Made by a program: the position numbers and the translations under genes
Shown here: positions 17,116 to 27,938 of the stretch, piece by piece
Layout of the letters: each line of letters opens with the position of its first letter
Numbering within the stretch: the first letter of the stretch is position 1
Assembly: GCA_037441705.1 (NCBI GenBank)
Contig: JBBIRR010000019.1
Location: 1-64,000 of the forward strand
Reading direction: 5' to 3'
Length of the DNA: 64,000 bases
Origin: Ignavibacteriales bacterium
GTDB lineage: Bacteria > Bacteroidota > Ignavibacteria > UBA10030 > UBA6906
The notes under the pieces: model-generated
What the model was told of the DNA's origin: nothing
Databases searched by the model: none
The model's input: only the letters and a program-made list of their open reading frames with translations

Positions 17116-20100
17116 TCACTGAATAGCGATGTGAATGTCCAGCCCCGCTTCGTTCATCGTGCTGCCGGGAATGCGTGAGCCTTGTGCGTCCGGGGTGATT
17201 TTGGTGTGCCGGTAGTACACCGAAGCATTGACCCGCTGGCTGAGCACATATTTGATGCGCGGCTCGAGCGTCGTTCTCGTCGAGCCTTCCATCGGCGTTC
17301 CTTCCGTGTTCAAGTCGAGCTTGGCGATCTCGTACTGACGCTGGGAATTTTTGGTGAGGGAGTAAGAAGCGTTGATTTCCAGGTCATTGCTGAGGGACAG
17401 CCCGAACAGCGGGATCTCGAAGCCGCGGCGCGAGTACGATGCCGTGATGGAGATTTCCTGCGAGAGCGTTTGCACGATGTTCGGCGACGACGCTGCGCGA
17501 TCCCACGTGGTTGTCGTGTTATAGCGAACGTTTGCACCGAGGTTCCCTTTCAACAACTCCTTGAACGTGAAGTTGAGTGCGAACAACGGCGCGAAGCCAT
17601 ACGTCACGCGCTGGGTTTCCGTCCGCTCGCCTCCCCCGCCGGGCCTGTTCGAAAAGGCACGCGTGTAGGTCGAGTTGTAGGCGTGATCAAGCGACAGCCT
17701 GCTGACAAATCCCGAAAACATGGGCAGGCGTTCGAGGCCATCCCAGCGGAACGTCCAGTTGACGCGCGGGGTGAACTTGCCGAAGATTTTTCTGAAGATC
17801 GGCAATGCCTCGAAGCCTTCCTCGAAGGCTTTCGCCAGTTTCTCGTCGTTGGCTGACGTGTCGGCCTTATTTGCCTTGAGCTGCGCGTAGCGCTTGCCGA
17901 CCTCTTTAATGTCGCTCTTGAACATGCCGAGGAACAACACGTTGGGGAATGTGAGGAAGGAACGGTCAACACTTCCCTGCGTACTCAACACCGGCAGTCC
18001 CTGCGTACCGGTGCGAATGATGCGCCCGAGAGAATCCGTCGTAATGTTCTCGGTGCTGGAGAACGACCAGCCGACGTTCCAGTTCAGGTCGAGGCGCGCA
18101 CCTTCCCACAGCGAGCGTGTCGTCTTGAACGTGAGGCGATTTGTTTGACGGAATTGGTTGGACAGCGAACCGTTGGGCGCGCGGATCCCCGGCTCCACAT
18201 CCCAGCCGAAGAAGGGAAACTTCGAACGCGTCCCGAAGTTCACCAGCCTCCCATGCGGATCGGAAATGAGGCCGAGCTGGTAAAGCCGCGACGGCCCATA
18301 CTTGGGGTCGGCGTCCTGAAAGAACGGAACGCGTCCCCAGAAATTCACGAAGCCCGGCCTGCCCACCACGCCGCTGTTCGAGTTCACGTTGGTTTGCGAG
18401 AAGGTGATGTTGACATTCTCGTAGTCGAGCAGCGGAACCTTGATAAACAGTTTGGCCAGCTGCTTCAACTGATCGAAGGTCTTTGCCAGCCCACCCGGGC
18501 CTTGTGTCGTATCCGGCATCTCCTCCCGACCTGTCGTGTCCGCTGCCGCGGGCTGCCCTCCTTCGGACTCCTCGCTTTCACGCGGACGGCGTGCAGGGCG
18601 CTGCGCGACCGTACCCGACGGGGCGGCCTTGTCTTCTGCAAAGAGCGGATCGAACAAGGCCTTGAGCTTGAGATTGATCGAAGAGTTTATCGTGTTGCTC
18701 CATCCTGCCGATTTCCCCAGGTCCCCGCCCGTCAGAGCGTTCTGCCAGGTATAATCGACAGCATACCCGAACGAGAGATCAAGGTAGCGTCTGATGCCGA
18801 AGATGTTCGGAATCGTGGGACGCGTGTTGAATGTGTTGCGCTGCGAGTAGCGCGTGTCCTGCCCAAAATTGATTAAGGCGTTACTGAAAAAGATGTCGTC
18901 CAGAATGCGCGAGAACGGACGCTGACGCTTTGTTACCGGATCGGTCTCCAGATTCAGCAAGCTCGACTCGACGCTCAGCGTGTAGTCGCCCGACGGATTG
19001 AGCAGGCCGCCTTCACTGAACTTCCACCCGAAGCCGAAGCTGCGCGATGCGTTGAAGTTTCTGCTGATGAGTTCCTGCGCGCCGACCGCGCGCTGCAGCG
19101 AAACGTCGCGCGAACGATTGACCGTAAACGACCAGTTGAACGACTGCGGAGCAAACCAGATTTTCACATCTTTGTACTCGTCGAGAAACCACAGCCCGCT
19201 GAACAAACTTTTGAAAGGCTGGAAGTAGTATTCGGGACTGAACGAAAGCTGATAGCCGATCCGCGCGCTCCACTGCCACGAGAGGCGCCGGATCGTCAAC
19301 GGGCTGCGTTCCCGTGACTTCGTGTAGTTGAAGGCAAACGTAAGCTTGTTCCATGTGTCGCGAATCCACCACGCATCGGAGGGAATGCCGATACGGAAAT
19401 TGGGGGCAGCCCACGTGTCGGTGGTGCGGTAGGTTTCGGAGGTGCGTGTCAGTTCGGCCGCGGCTGCATCGGCATCGGCTTGCGAGAACCCGAGGGCGAG
19501 TAGACGTTCACGCTCCAACCGCGCGGCCTCGCTCACGAGGATATCCGAGTTCGGCAGGTATTGCGGCTTCACAAGGTTCTCGGAGTGGGTGTAGGAAATC
19601 GGCAGCGACGTGCCAGCCCATTCTGCCGGAAAGAATTTTCCTAATTCCATGTTCGCGCTGATTGCCCAATTGGTGCCCAACTGCCGCGAGCCGAAGCGTT
19701 GTTCAAGTGAATGAAAATGCGGATCAACGCGCGAATAGTTGAACGCAACCGCGCCGATGTCCGCAAGTTTCAGATTGGCGTCAAACCGATATGCCCATCC
19801 GGGTGAATCGTCCACGTCAATGACACGCAGCTCGTTCACCCACACTTCTCCAAAGAGCGGCCGGGTCGTTCCCTTGCCGGCGGGATTCGTCACGCCAACC
19901 GCCATGTAGCGGACTTGCGTGAGCGAGGGATTGCCCAGAACACGATAGACGGCACCCGGCGGCCCGCCCGGCACAGGAAACGCTCGCGAAATCACGTTGG
20001 CCGAATCCCGTCCCTGCTTGATGGCCGTCAGGTCTTCAAAGCGAATCTCCACGTTGTTCAACGGGTCCCAGCCCCGATCCGCTTCGGAAGGAGGAACGCT

Positions 20101-23100
20101 GGCCGGATGAATCGGTGCTCGATACTCGTAGAAGTTCAACGAATCCGCCCCGAAGCGGAAAAAGAACTCCGCGTCGTAATTGCTGGTGTCGACGTAGGCA
20201 AAGCGCGGATCGCCGTGCACGAACATCTTCATCTTCTTGTAGTAGAAGAGATCGAGCGGGCGATAGTTGTACTGCTTGTACGCATAGCGCGATTCGCCGT
20301 CGGGCAGGCCTTTGAGCACGAGCGCCAGCGATTGCTCATTGGCCTGAATGTCTTCATCGGGGCGTGTCTTGTCGCGTTCACGAATGACCCCGGGCGGCGA
20401 AAGATAGACATCCGAATTCTCCTCGACGCCAACAACGGTCACCTGCAGCGTCGTGTCTTCCTTGCGCAGCTCTTGCCACTGGTTGCCCACCAGCCCGAAG
20501 TCCGCAATGCGGATGGCGATCGTATCCTGCGCGTTCTGGAATGATACACGAATGAACTCCACATTCTGGAACGTCGGCGACCCCACCCGCAGCAGCGTGT
20601 CCTGAATCGGAATCCGGAATTGGTAGTACGTACTGCCACGCAGTCCGCCGCCCACAATGCGCGGGTTGCGCGCCCGTACCGTATCCAGCGACACCTCGTA
20701 GCGGAAGTAGGAATTGGCAAGATCGACGATGCCGTTGGTGTTCAAGTCCTCCGTATCCGGATAGCGCCCGTTCTCTGCCTGGGCGTTCCGTTCGGTTCCA
20801 TTCACCTTCATGTAATCGTTCGGGATGATCTGACCGCTGCCGCGCCCCCAATTATCGCCGGAGGGGTCCCCATCGTTCCGCAGGTTCCCGTAGCGCTGCA
20901 ACTCCTCTTGATCAGACATCATGTCCAGACCCACATCTTCCCACGGCTGCAAGCTGTTGTTGATGAAGGTGCTGGGTGGAACGAGGTCTTCGGTGTTAAG
21001 CGAGTTGTTGGGAATCGCGTCTTCACTGATCGAACCGAGGTCAATGTACATCTTTGCTGGGATGGCGCCTCCGGGTCGAAGCACCTCCATCCAGATTTCG
21101 ATGAAGCTGATGTTCTCCGTGATGAGATTTGTTCCGGAGATAGAAATGGGCCGCATGATGCCGCCCCAGTTGCGATCAAGACGCAGCGTCGAGTCGAGAT
21201 TCGGGCTGTAGTTGTACATGCCTCGTTGTCGGGGGAAATACCACACGTCCATCACATTCAGTCTGTTGCTTGCCGCGCCGCCCGCTTTGCGATCGGGATA
21301 GACATCGGTCTGCCGAACCTGATTGAACAGAGTGTACCAGACGGTGTTGGCCTTCGCGTACATCTTTGCTGAATCGGGTGTGCCCGGCGGAAACAGTGTC
21401 GTGTCCGCCGGCGGACTGGGCTGGAACCAGCTCGCGTAGTTGGCACCAAAAGGTATGGTTCGCCGCGCACCTTCGAAGTCATCAATGTACGCGATGCCCG
21501 CACCGAAATCGCTGGAGATCGTACTCTTTTTGGTGTTCGGGTCGGGAATCATATACGCCGCTTCACCGGAAATCCGCAGGTCGGACATCTCGCGGGTCTG
21601 AATGCCGGGCAGGCCATCCAACGCGCTGGTCAGGAACGGAAGCTTGAATGACGTCTGCCCGTCAATACCGAGGATGGTGTTGTTGTTCGGCTCCTCTCCC
21701 AGTCGCACCTTGTCGCTCAGCGTCTGCTGGTTCAGGTTCATGAGCGTGAAGCCGATGTTTGTTGTGGGAGAGATCGCCAAATCACCGCGCGCCCCTAATA
21801 GGGTTTTTGAGGCAAGCTGGAAGAGATCATTCTGTTCGTACTTGATCTGGAGGTTCGCGCCCGGAACAAGCGCCGACGCTTTCCGAATCACAACTTCGCC
21901 AACGATGTAGTCTACCGTGTAGTCAATGTTCGGCGTGAGGAGCTGACCGTTCTCATACACACGCACGCTTCCTTCCACCACGTTGAAGCCCAACTGATAC
22001 TTCGAGCTTGTCTCTCCCGTTGCCTTTCCTTTGATCAAATACCGATTCGCGACTGCGCGCTGCGCTTCGGTCTTGGTGGTATCGTAGATTTCTTTAAACA
22101 CCAACGAATCTCGTAACTCCGGGCGACCCGTGCTGTCAAGAAAACGGCCGATGCCGGTTTCGAATGGCCGGAGATAGGGGAAAATAATTTCTGCCCGTGC
22201 AGGGTTGATCGTGAAGTTGCGGCCCGTTCTGAAATCGAAGAGATTATCGGGTTCGCGCTGACCGCTGGCATTATAGCGATCGAGACCAAGAATCCGCAGC
22301 AGCGGCACTCCGAACAGCGAGTTCTCGTCCTGACCACCATAGATCCGACGATACACGTCCAGCTCGAAGCCCGCCTCCTTTACATTCCTTCCTCCGATCG
22401 AATAGACATTCTTCAAAAGCAGATTCCATGCCGTACGATAGGTTGGGCCAACGGAGTGCAGGTTCCGCGGCTTGAGCATCTTCAGAACGAGTCTCCGGCT
22501 CGTGTCGGCCGTTGCAGGATTATTGATCGTCAATTCTCCCCACTGTTGGGTTGATGTTCGATAGGCAATAGCAACGATCTGGACATCTTGAATATTCTGA
22601 TTCAGCGCTATGACGCCGATGTAGCCATCGCCCAACAATTCATACTGTGAACGATCGAGGCGCACAAATCGCCCGAACTCCACGCTGCCTGGAATTTCGT
22701 TCTCAGGATTGCGCAGAGAATCTCCGTAATCAGTCTGCCCAGCCGGCCTATCGGGGAGCGTGATGTGAGCAACGCCGTTGCGAGCAATCGCCGCCTGCGT
22801 CTGATCGTTCCCAAGGAACGACACCCATACTTCTTCATCGTAGATCTTGAACGCTTCATTCGCCGTCGGAATCTCGGCTTGGAACCAGGGCTCGAACAAG
22901 GGAATGTATCGCTCGTCCACAAAATAATAGTTCGTGGAATAGTTCCACGCTTGAATCTCGAACGGAATATCCTGCGCGCCGCCCGATGCCGTCACCTCCT
23001 TGATCTGTCCCTTCTTTTGCGAAGCGAGTGTCGTGAGGGTGAAGGGTCCCGCCTGCATCTTCGCTTTGATGCCGAAGAGCGCAGCGCTGCTGCCGATGAA

Positions 23101-24120
23101 CGTGGACGGGGTTTGCAGCGAAACGTTTCCCGCCTCAACACTCTGCACAATCTCGTCGTCGTAGCCCGTGTACTTGATCTTCAATTGGTTTTCGTACTCG
23201 AACGTCCGCTGCGTGTTCCAGTCGGCAAGGATGTTCAGCTTGTCGCCGATGGTGCCGTTGACCGCCACCTGCACTTCCTGGTTGAAGTCAGGCTCGTTGC
23301 GGGACTGATCGAGGAAATTCGCCGTCACCTGATCGCTTTTGGTGTTGCGGAAGCCGGCGCGGATATCCACTGCCCCGCTGATCTGCAGATTGATCTCGGG
23401 CTTGCCGAAGATGCTGAAGATCGGATTGGCGGGAATGGGAATCTGAATTTTGGTAAAGGTGGAGAAGACATCACCGATGTCGCGCTTGCCCTGCAGGACC
23501 CTGGGCTTGCGCGCTTCATCGGCCAGAAGCTTGCGCTCCTCGTACTTCAAGCGCTCTCGAATGTACTCCTTCATCGAGAGGGTCAGAGGAATCTTCACAT
23601 CAACTCCCCCAACAGTCTCACGGAAGGTTACCGTGGAAGCGATAGAATCCGTCGTTACTTCGCGTCGGACGACGGAGGGCGGCGGCTCGGCGAACAGCGG
23701 ATAGACGCGATCGGGAAACAATTGTACGTGCGGCACGTCTCGCCGCTGATACTTCCAGTGTTCAAGGCGCGCCGTCGAATCGAGATACACCACCCAGGTG
23801 GAATCTTCGGCAAGAGCTTGCTTGGCGCGAGGCCCGCCGGGGGTTGAGGTGAACTGTCCCGACGCGCCGCCCGTACTGCGGCCGCCTAAACGTGACCGGC
23901 CGGAGGGTTGCTGGGTTGGCGTGCGTACATCTTCACCCTTCGGGATCGTGTCGGCAGGCGCCGGCTCGAACCCTGCTTCGGTGAGCGCGCGGAATGAACC
24001 TTCGGAGATGCCCGGCGAAAAGACGATCAACGCCGCGAGCAAAAGCGGGCCAACAAGGAGGACAATACCGATACTGTGAGGCCGTACGGCGTTGAGCCTA
24101 CTGCGAAGAAATGAAACCAC
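17116..24120 (-). CDS. sprA: T9SS outer-membrane translocon SprA/Sov
   Basis: 2334 aa; GTIGDKL, FEYENQLKIKYTG.DDEIVQSVEAGNVS, KVRLGEEP, AYIDDFEG, PDTEDLN, VWVNELR. Confidence 0.93.
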   Translation of the reverse strand: MVSFLRSRLNAVRPHSIGIVLLVGPLLLAALIVFSPGISEGSFRALTEAGFEPAPADTIPKGEDVRTPTQQPSGRSRLGGRSTGGASGQFTSTPGGPRAKQALAEDSTWVVYLDSTARLEHWKYQRRDVPHVQLFPDRVYPLFAEPPPSVVRREVTTDSIASTVTFRETVGGVDVKIPLTLSMKEYIRERLKYEERKLLADEARKPRVLQGKRDIGDVFSTFTKIQIPIPANPIFSIFGKPEINLQISGAVDIRAGFRNTKSDQVTANFLDQSRNEPDFNQEVQVAVNGTIGDKLNILADWNTQRTFEYENQLKIKYTGYDDEIVQSVEAGNVSLQTPSTFIGSSAALFGIKAKMQAGPFTLTTLASQKKGQIKEVTASGGAQDIPFEIQAWNYSTNYYFVDERYIPLFEPWFQAEIPTANEAFKIYDEEVWVSFLGNDQTQAAIARNGVAHITLPDRPAGQTDYGDSLRNPENEIPGSVEFGRFVRLDRSQYELLGDGYIGVIALNQNIQDVQIVAIAYRTSTQQWGELTINNPATADTSRRLVLKMLKPRNLHSVGPTYRTAWNLLLKNVYSIGGRNVKEAGFELDVYRRIYGGQDENSLFGVPLLRILGLDRYNASGQREPDNLFDFRTGRNFTINPARAEIIFPYLRPFETGIGRFLDSTGRPELRDSLVFKEIYDTTKTEAQRAVANRYLIKGKATGETSSKYQLGFNVVEGSVRVYENGQLLTPNIDYTVDYIVGEVVIRKASALVPGANLQIKYEQNDLFQLASKTLLGARGDLAISPTTNIGFTLMNLNQQTLSDKVRLGEEPNNNTILGIDGQTSFKLPFLTSALDGLPGIQTREMSDLRISGEAAYMIPDPNTKKSTISSDFGAGIAYIDDFEGARRTIPFGANYASWFQPSPPADTTLFPPGTPDSAKMYAKANTVWYTLFNQVRQTDVYPDRKAGGAASNRLNVMDVWYFPRQRGMYNYSPNLDSTLRLDRNWGGIMRPISISGTNLITENISFIEIWMEVLRPGGAIPAKMYIDLGSISEDAIPNNSLNTEDLVPPSTFINNSLQPWEDVGLDMMSDQEELQRYGNLRNDGDPSGDNWGRGSGQIIPNDYMKVNGTERNAQAENGRYPDTEDLNTNGIVDLANSYFRYEVSLDTVRARNPRIVGGGLRGSTYYQFRIPIQDTLLRVGSPTFQNVEFIRVSFQNAQDTIAIRIADFGLVGNQWQELRKEDTTLQVTVVGVEENSDVYLSPPGVIRERDKTRPDEDIQANEQSLALVLKGLPDGESRYAYKQYNYRPLDLFYYKKMKMFVHGDPRFAYVDTSNYDAEFFFRFGADSLNFYEYRAPIHPASVPPSEADRGWDPLNNVEIRFEDLTAIKQGRDSANVISRAFPVPGGPPGAVYRVLGNPSLTQVRYMAVGVTNPAGKGTTRPLFGEVWVNELRVIDVDDSPGWAYRFDANLKLADIGAVAFNYSRVDPHFHSLEQRFGSRQLGTNWAISANMELGKFFPAEWAGTSLPISYTHSENLVKPQYLPNSDILVSEAARLERERLLALGFSQADADAAAAELTRTSETYRTTDTWAAPNFRIGIPSDAWWIRDTWNKLTFAFNYTKSRERSPLTIRRLSWQWSARIGYQLSFSPEYYFQPFKSLFSGLWFLDEYKDVKIWFAPQSFNWSFTVNRSRDVSLQRAVGAQELISRNFNASRSFGFGWKFSEGGLLNPSGDYTLSVESSLLNLETDPVTKRQRPFSRILDDIFFSNALINFGQDTRYSQRNTFNTRPTIPNIFGIRRYLDLSFGYAVDYTWQNALTGGDLGKSAGWSNTINSSINLKLKALFDPLFAEDKAAPSGTVAQRPARRPRESEESEGGQPAAADTTGREEMPDTTQGPGGLAKTFDQLKQLAKLFIKVPLLDYENVNITFSQTNVNSNSGVVGRPGFVNFWGRVPFFQDADPKYGPSRLYQLGLISDPHGRLVNFGTRSKFPFFGWDVEPGIRAPNGSLSNQFRQTNRLTFKTTRSLWEGARLDLNWNVGWSFSSTENITTDSLGRIIRTGTQGLPVLSTQGSVDRSFLTFPNVLFLGMFKSDIKEVGKRYAQLKANKADTSANDEKLAKAFEEGFEALPIFRKIFGKFTPRVNWTFRWDGLERLPMFSGFVSRLSLDHAYNSTYTRAFSNRPGGGGERTETQRVTYGFAPLFALNFTFKELLKGNLGANVRYNTTTTWDRAASSPNIVQTLSQEISITASYSRRGFEIPLFGLSLSNDLEINASYSLTKNSQRQYEIAKLDLNTEGTPMEGSTRTTLEPRIKYVLSQRVNASVYYRHTKITPDAQGSRIPGSTMNEAGLDIHIAIQ

Positions 24121-24323
24121 GTCGATTCTCGAGTATGTTATGCCGTCACCGGTGGACTATCAAGGATATACGATGGTGTCCAGCCTCCGCGTTTGCGGAC
24201 CGGCCAGTGGTTGCGGTTCTTACCACACAAAACCAGCACCCTGGCGTCTCCAAGCATTAGCAGTGATCGATATGGTTCATCCTCCTTGAGTGTGGGGACC
24301 GAGAGTATACGCTCGGCTGGATA

Positions 24324-24352
24324 AACGTAGAGATTTAGGGCATAAATATCAA
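24324..24352 (-). promoter_or_regulatory. Putative sigma70 promoter of the sprA operon
   Basis: Minus strand TTGATA-N17-TACGTT, ~200 nt upstream of the sprA start. Confidence 0.5.
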
Positions 24353-24452
24353 GAATGCAGCGGCCGCATGATCTTGTGGTGCACGGAAATGCGACGGCGC
24401 AGTAATCGCCTGCGTGTGTGGAGGAGATGCACCTCGTTTCGTATATTGAAGC

Positions 24453-25913
24453 ATGAGGTCTCCCGTGTTTCCCCGACACATTGCGTTCTACATTCTGCGC
24501 GCCCATATCGGGCCGTTCTTCTTTTCGCTCGGCACGCTGATGTTTCTCTTTCTTCTTCAGTTCGTCATGAAGTTCATTGATCAGCTTGTCGGGAAGGGCC
24601 TCAGCGCGTGGACGATTCTGGAGCTGATTTCTCTCAACCTCGCCTGGATGGTGGTGCTCGCCGTACCGATGTCCGTGCTGGTGGCGGTGCTGATGGCCTT
24701 CGGCGACCTTTCCTCGAAGCACGAAGTCACCGCAATGAAAGCCAGCGGGGTCAGCATCTACCGCATGATGGCACCCGTCTTCATTGCTGCGGGCGGTCTG
24801 GCGATCCTGCTTGTTATGTTCAATAACGAAGTCCTGCCCGAGGCAAACCACAAAGCGAAGACGCTGACGATGGACATTCGTCGGAAGCGTCCCACCTTCA
24901 GCATCGTGGCCGGACTCTTCTCGCAAGAGATTCAGGGCTACAGCATTCTCGTGCATAAGACGTTCGAGAAGACGAACGATCTGGAGGGGATAACGCTGTA
25001 CGACTACACCAATCCCAACTACAACATCGTGATCACTGCCAAGCGCGGCACCATCTCTCTCTCGCCCGATGCGCGCAAGCTGATCATGGATTTGCAGGAT
25101 GGAGAGATTCATGAGTTGAATCTCGTCAACATGACGGAGTACAAGCGCATTCGCTTCCAGAAGCATCGCATCGTTACGGAAGTGGAAGGGTTCGGCTTCG
25201 AGCGGACGCAGGAAGGAGCGGTGATTCGCGGCGATCGCGAATTGAGTGCCTCGACCATGCGCGGCATCGTTGATAGCTTGCAGCGCGCGTTGCATACGAT
25301 CGACTCGAGTCTTCAAACGTTCATCCGTCGCGACATGGAGACATTGCTCACCGGCAAGGTCGTCCGCCCGAGTGCCCTCGCAGCGAGACCGGGCGGGTTC
25401 GCAAGCGGTCTGCAACCGCTGGCCAACCCCTCACCACCGATCGAAGGTTCCGAGCCGCCGGAATCTCGCGCCCGCATCCTGAGTTCGATGGTTCAGAGCG
25501 AGCTGCTGCGGATGGAATTCGTGCAGAAGCAGATTGATCAGTATGAGGTGGAGATCCACAAAAAGTACGCGATTCCCGTCGCGTGCCTGGTGTTTGTGTT
25601 GGTAGGCATTCCGCTGGGCATCATGTCTCGCCGCGGCGGGTTCGGCATGGCGGCAACGCTCAGTCTCGGGTTCTTTCTTCTGTACTGGGCATGCCTCATC
25701 GGCGGAGAAAAACTTGCCGACCGGGGTATCCTCTCGCCGTTCTGGGGCATGTGGGCAGCCAATATCATCATCGGCATCGTGGGCATCCTGCTTACCGTGC
25801 GCAGCAACCGGGAAACCATCGTGCTGAATTTCGATTTCATTACACGGCGTCTTCCTCAGCGCTGGCAGCGGGCGCTTGCCGAATCGGAAGATGCGGTGAA
25901 GCAGCAGCCATGA
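24453..25913 (+). CDS. lptF: LPS export ABC transporter permease LptF
   Basis: YjgP/YjgQ pattern: LAVPMSVL, EVTAMKASGVS, HKKYAIPVAC, GIPLG. Confidence 0.85.
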   Translation: MRSPVFPRHIAFYILRAHIGPFFFSLGTLMFLFLLQFVMKFIDQLVGKGLSAWTILELISLNLAWMVVLAVPMSVLVAVLMAFGDLSSKHEVTAMKASGVSIYRMMAPVFIAAGGLAILLVMFNNEVLPEANHKAKTLTMDIRRKRPTFSIVAGLFSQEIQGYSILVHKTFEKTNDLEGITLYDYTNPNYNIVITAKRGTISLSPDARKLIMDLQDGEIHELNLVNMTEYKRIRFQKHRIVTEVEGFGFERTQEGAVIRGDRELSASTMRGIVDSLQRALHTIDSSLQTFIRRDMETLLTGKVVRPSALAARPGGFASGLQPLANPSPPIEGSEPPESRARILSSMVQSELLRMEFVQKQIDQYEVEIHKKYAIPVACLVFVLVGIPLGIMSRRGGFGMAATLSLGFFLLYWACLIGGEKLADRGILSPFWGMWAANIIIGIVGILLTVRSNRETIVLNFDFITRRLPQRWQRALAESEDAVKQQP

Positions 25914-26995
25914 AGCTTCTCGACCGCTACATCATCAAGCAATTCCTCACAACGTCCTTCTTCGCGCTGCTGGCCGTGATTCTCATTTTTATTGTGATTG
26001 ATGTGATGGAGAATCTCGGCGATTTCCTCGACCGCCAGGCAACACTGGAAGTTCTGGTCAAGTACTACATTTTTTTCATTCCGGAAATCATCAAACTCAT
26101 CACGCCCGTCGCACTGTTATTGGGAAGTCTGTTCGTGACCGCACGGCTTTCGACGCAAAACGAGTGGACGGCGATGAAGTCGGGGGGTGTTAGTTTGTAC
26201 CGGCTGATCGTCCCCTATCTTGTCGTCGCGCTCGTGGTCAGCGCGGCGTCGGTTTACTTTAACGGCTGGATTGTGCCGAAGGCCAACAAGAAGAAACTGA
26301 CGATCGAACGAGTCTATCTGAACAAGAACACCATCAGCGGGTCGGGCGCGAACATCTACGTGCAGGACTCGCCGACCCGCATCCTCTCGATCGGCTATTT
26401 CGACGACACGCGCGAGACGGCGAGCCGCGTCAGCATACAGGATTTCAGCGACACCAACGCCACCATTCTTGTCGCCCGTGTCGATGCGCAGACGATGGAA
26501 TGGGATTCGGTCGGGCGCCGCTGGTTGCTCCGCTCAGGCGTCCGCCGATGGTTTACCAACGACAAGGAATCGATCGAGAAGTTCGACCTTCAGCCGGCAG
26601 GCACACTCCATTTCAATCCCGATGACCTCCGGAAGAAACAGGAACAGCCGGACGAAATGGAATATGAAACGATGAGACAGTTCATCGAGAACCAACGCCG
26701 CGCAGGGCAGGATGTCTCACGCTGGCTTGTGGATTTCTACAGCAAGATATCGTTCCCGTTTGCGTCGGTGATTGTAGTGTTGTTCGGCGTGCCGTTCGCA
26801 TCGGTGAAGCGGCGGGGCGGCATCGGCGTGCAGTTGGGCGTGTCGCTTCTCATCGCCTTCATCTACCTCATTTTTCTGAAGGTGAGCCAGGTCTTCGGCT
26901 ACAACGGCGACATCCATCCTCTGCTTACGGCATGGATGGCCAATCTTCTCTTCCTCATCGGCGCAGTGTATGTCACGCTGCGCGTCCCGAAGTAA
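25910..26995 (+). CDS. lptG: LPS export ABC transporter permease LptG
   Basis: MKLLDRYI start overlapping the lptF stop (ATGA), EWTAMKSGGVS, KISFPF, AWMANLLF. Confidence 0.85.
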   Translation: MKLLDRYIIKQFLTTSFFALLAVILIFIVIDVMENLGDFLDRQATLEVLVKYYIFFIPEIIKLITPVALLLGSLFVTARLSTQNEWTAMKSGGVSLYRLIVPYLVVALVVSAASVYFNGWIVPKANKKKLTIERVYLNKNTISGSGANIYVQDSPTRILSIGYFDDTRETASRVSIQDFSDTNATILVARVDAQTMEWDSVGRRWLLRSGVRRWFTNDKESIEKFDLQPAGTLHFNPDDLRKKQEQPDEMEYETMRQFIENQRRAGQDVSRWLVDFYSKISFPFASVIVVLFGVPFASVKRRGGIGVQLGVSLLIAFIYLIFLKVSQVFGYNGDIHPLLTAWMANLLFLIGAVYVTLRVPK

Positions 26996-27925
26996 TCAGA
27001 AGCGATATTCCGCGCGTACGACAGGAACCTCGGTCATTCCCCCATCCGTCGGAACGCGCTGCATGCGCACCGAGGCGTGCACGTTCCGGTTGTACGACCC
27101 CGCCGACCATGCAGCATCGAGCGCGCTCAGCACGTGATTGACGATGGCAACGGTAACGAACGTTGTCGCCTTGGTGTAGAAGTCATTGGCCTTGCCGCGC
27201 TCGGCCGCGTAGTACCGGAAATTGGGTGTCACATTCGTTTCGCTGTAAATGTACGGAAGCTCGGCATCGTCCCACCCCGGCGTGTACTGCGGGTACTTGC
27301 CGATCAGCTCGTAATACTGTTGCTCGCCGTAAGGCGGTAACGTGTGCGAGTAGTAGCGGCCGTTTGCCGTTCCGCTGATCTCACGCTCCAGACGATTCAG
27401 CAGATTCCAGTTGACCCGCTCCCACGGAGGATTCGTGCCCGGCGTAATGAGACCCGCGTACTCGTTCCACCGCTCCGTCGGAATGAAATACTCCAGCGAG
27501 AACTGCGCGTACTTGACAACGCTCCAATGCTCGTTCGCAAAGTTCTGGAAAAAATCCGTTTGCCGGTCTCCCTTCTTATCGAAGTGATACGCAAGCCCCC
27601 ACGCCGCGACATCCACGGCGAGGAACAGCGCCGCTTTCCAGTAGCTCTCCGCGTAGAACTCTCCGGCGCCGGGGAGAATCAGCGACAGACCTGCGGCGAG
27701 CCACGGAGATTTTCGTGAAGGTGTCGGCTCGGCGGATTCTTGCAGTTGCGGCGTGAAGGCCAACTCCTGCTGGCCGAAGAAATCGGTCTGGAGATTTCCG
27801 GTCAGCGCAAGAGGCGTCTGGTGTTTCTCGCTCAAAACCACCGAACGCTGATGCTCGCCTGCCGTTGCCAGAAATGAACCGAGCGCAAGAGCGCCAATCA
27901 GCCCCATCATCGAAGTTCTGCTCAT
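26996..27925 (-). CDS. Exported/membrane hypothetical protein (KSP..A..LS..LPG.G motif, DUF5683/TM2-like)
   Basis: Signal peptide; RKSPWLAAGLSLILPGAGEFY; NHVLSALDA; ends in an aromatic residue (EYRF). Confidence 0.65.
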   Translation of the reverse strand: MSRTSMMGLIGALALGSFLATAGEHQRSVVLSEKHQTPLALTGNLQTDFFGQQELAFTPQLQESAEPTPSRKSPWLAAGLSLILPGAGEFYAESYWKAALFLAVDVAAWGLAYHFDKKGDRQTDFFQNFANEHWSVVKYAQFSLEYFIPTERWNEYAGLITPGTNPPWERVNWNLLNRLEREISGTANGRYYSHTLPPYGEQQYYELIGKYPQYTPGWDDAELPYIYSETNVTPNFRYYAAERGKANDFYTKATTFVTVAIVNHVLSALDAAWSAGSYNRNVHASVRMQRVPTDGGMTEVPVVRAEYRF

Positions 27926-27938
27926 CTCTCTCTCCCGA

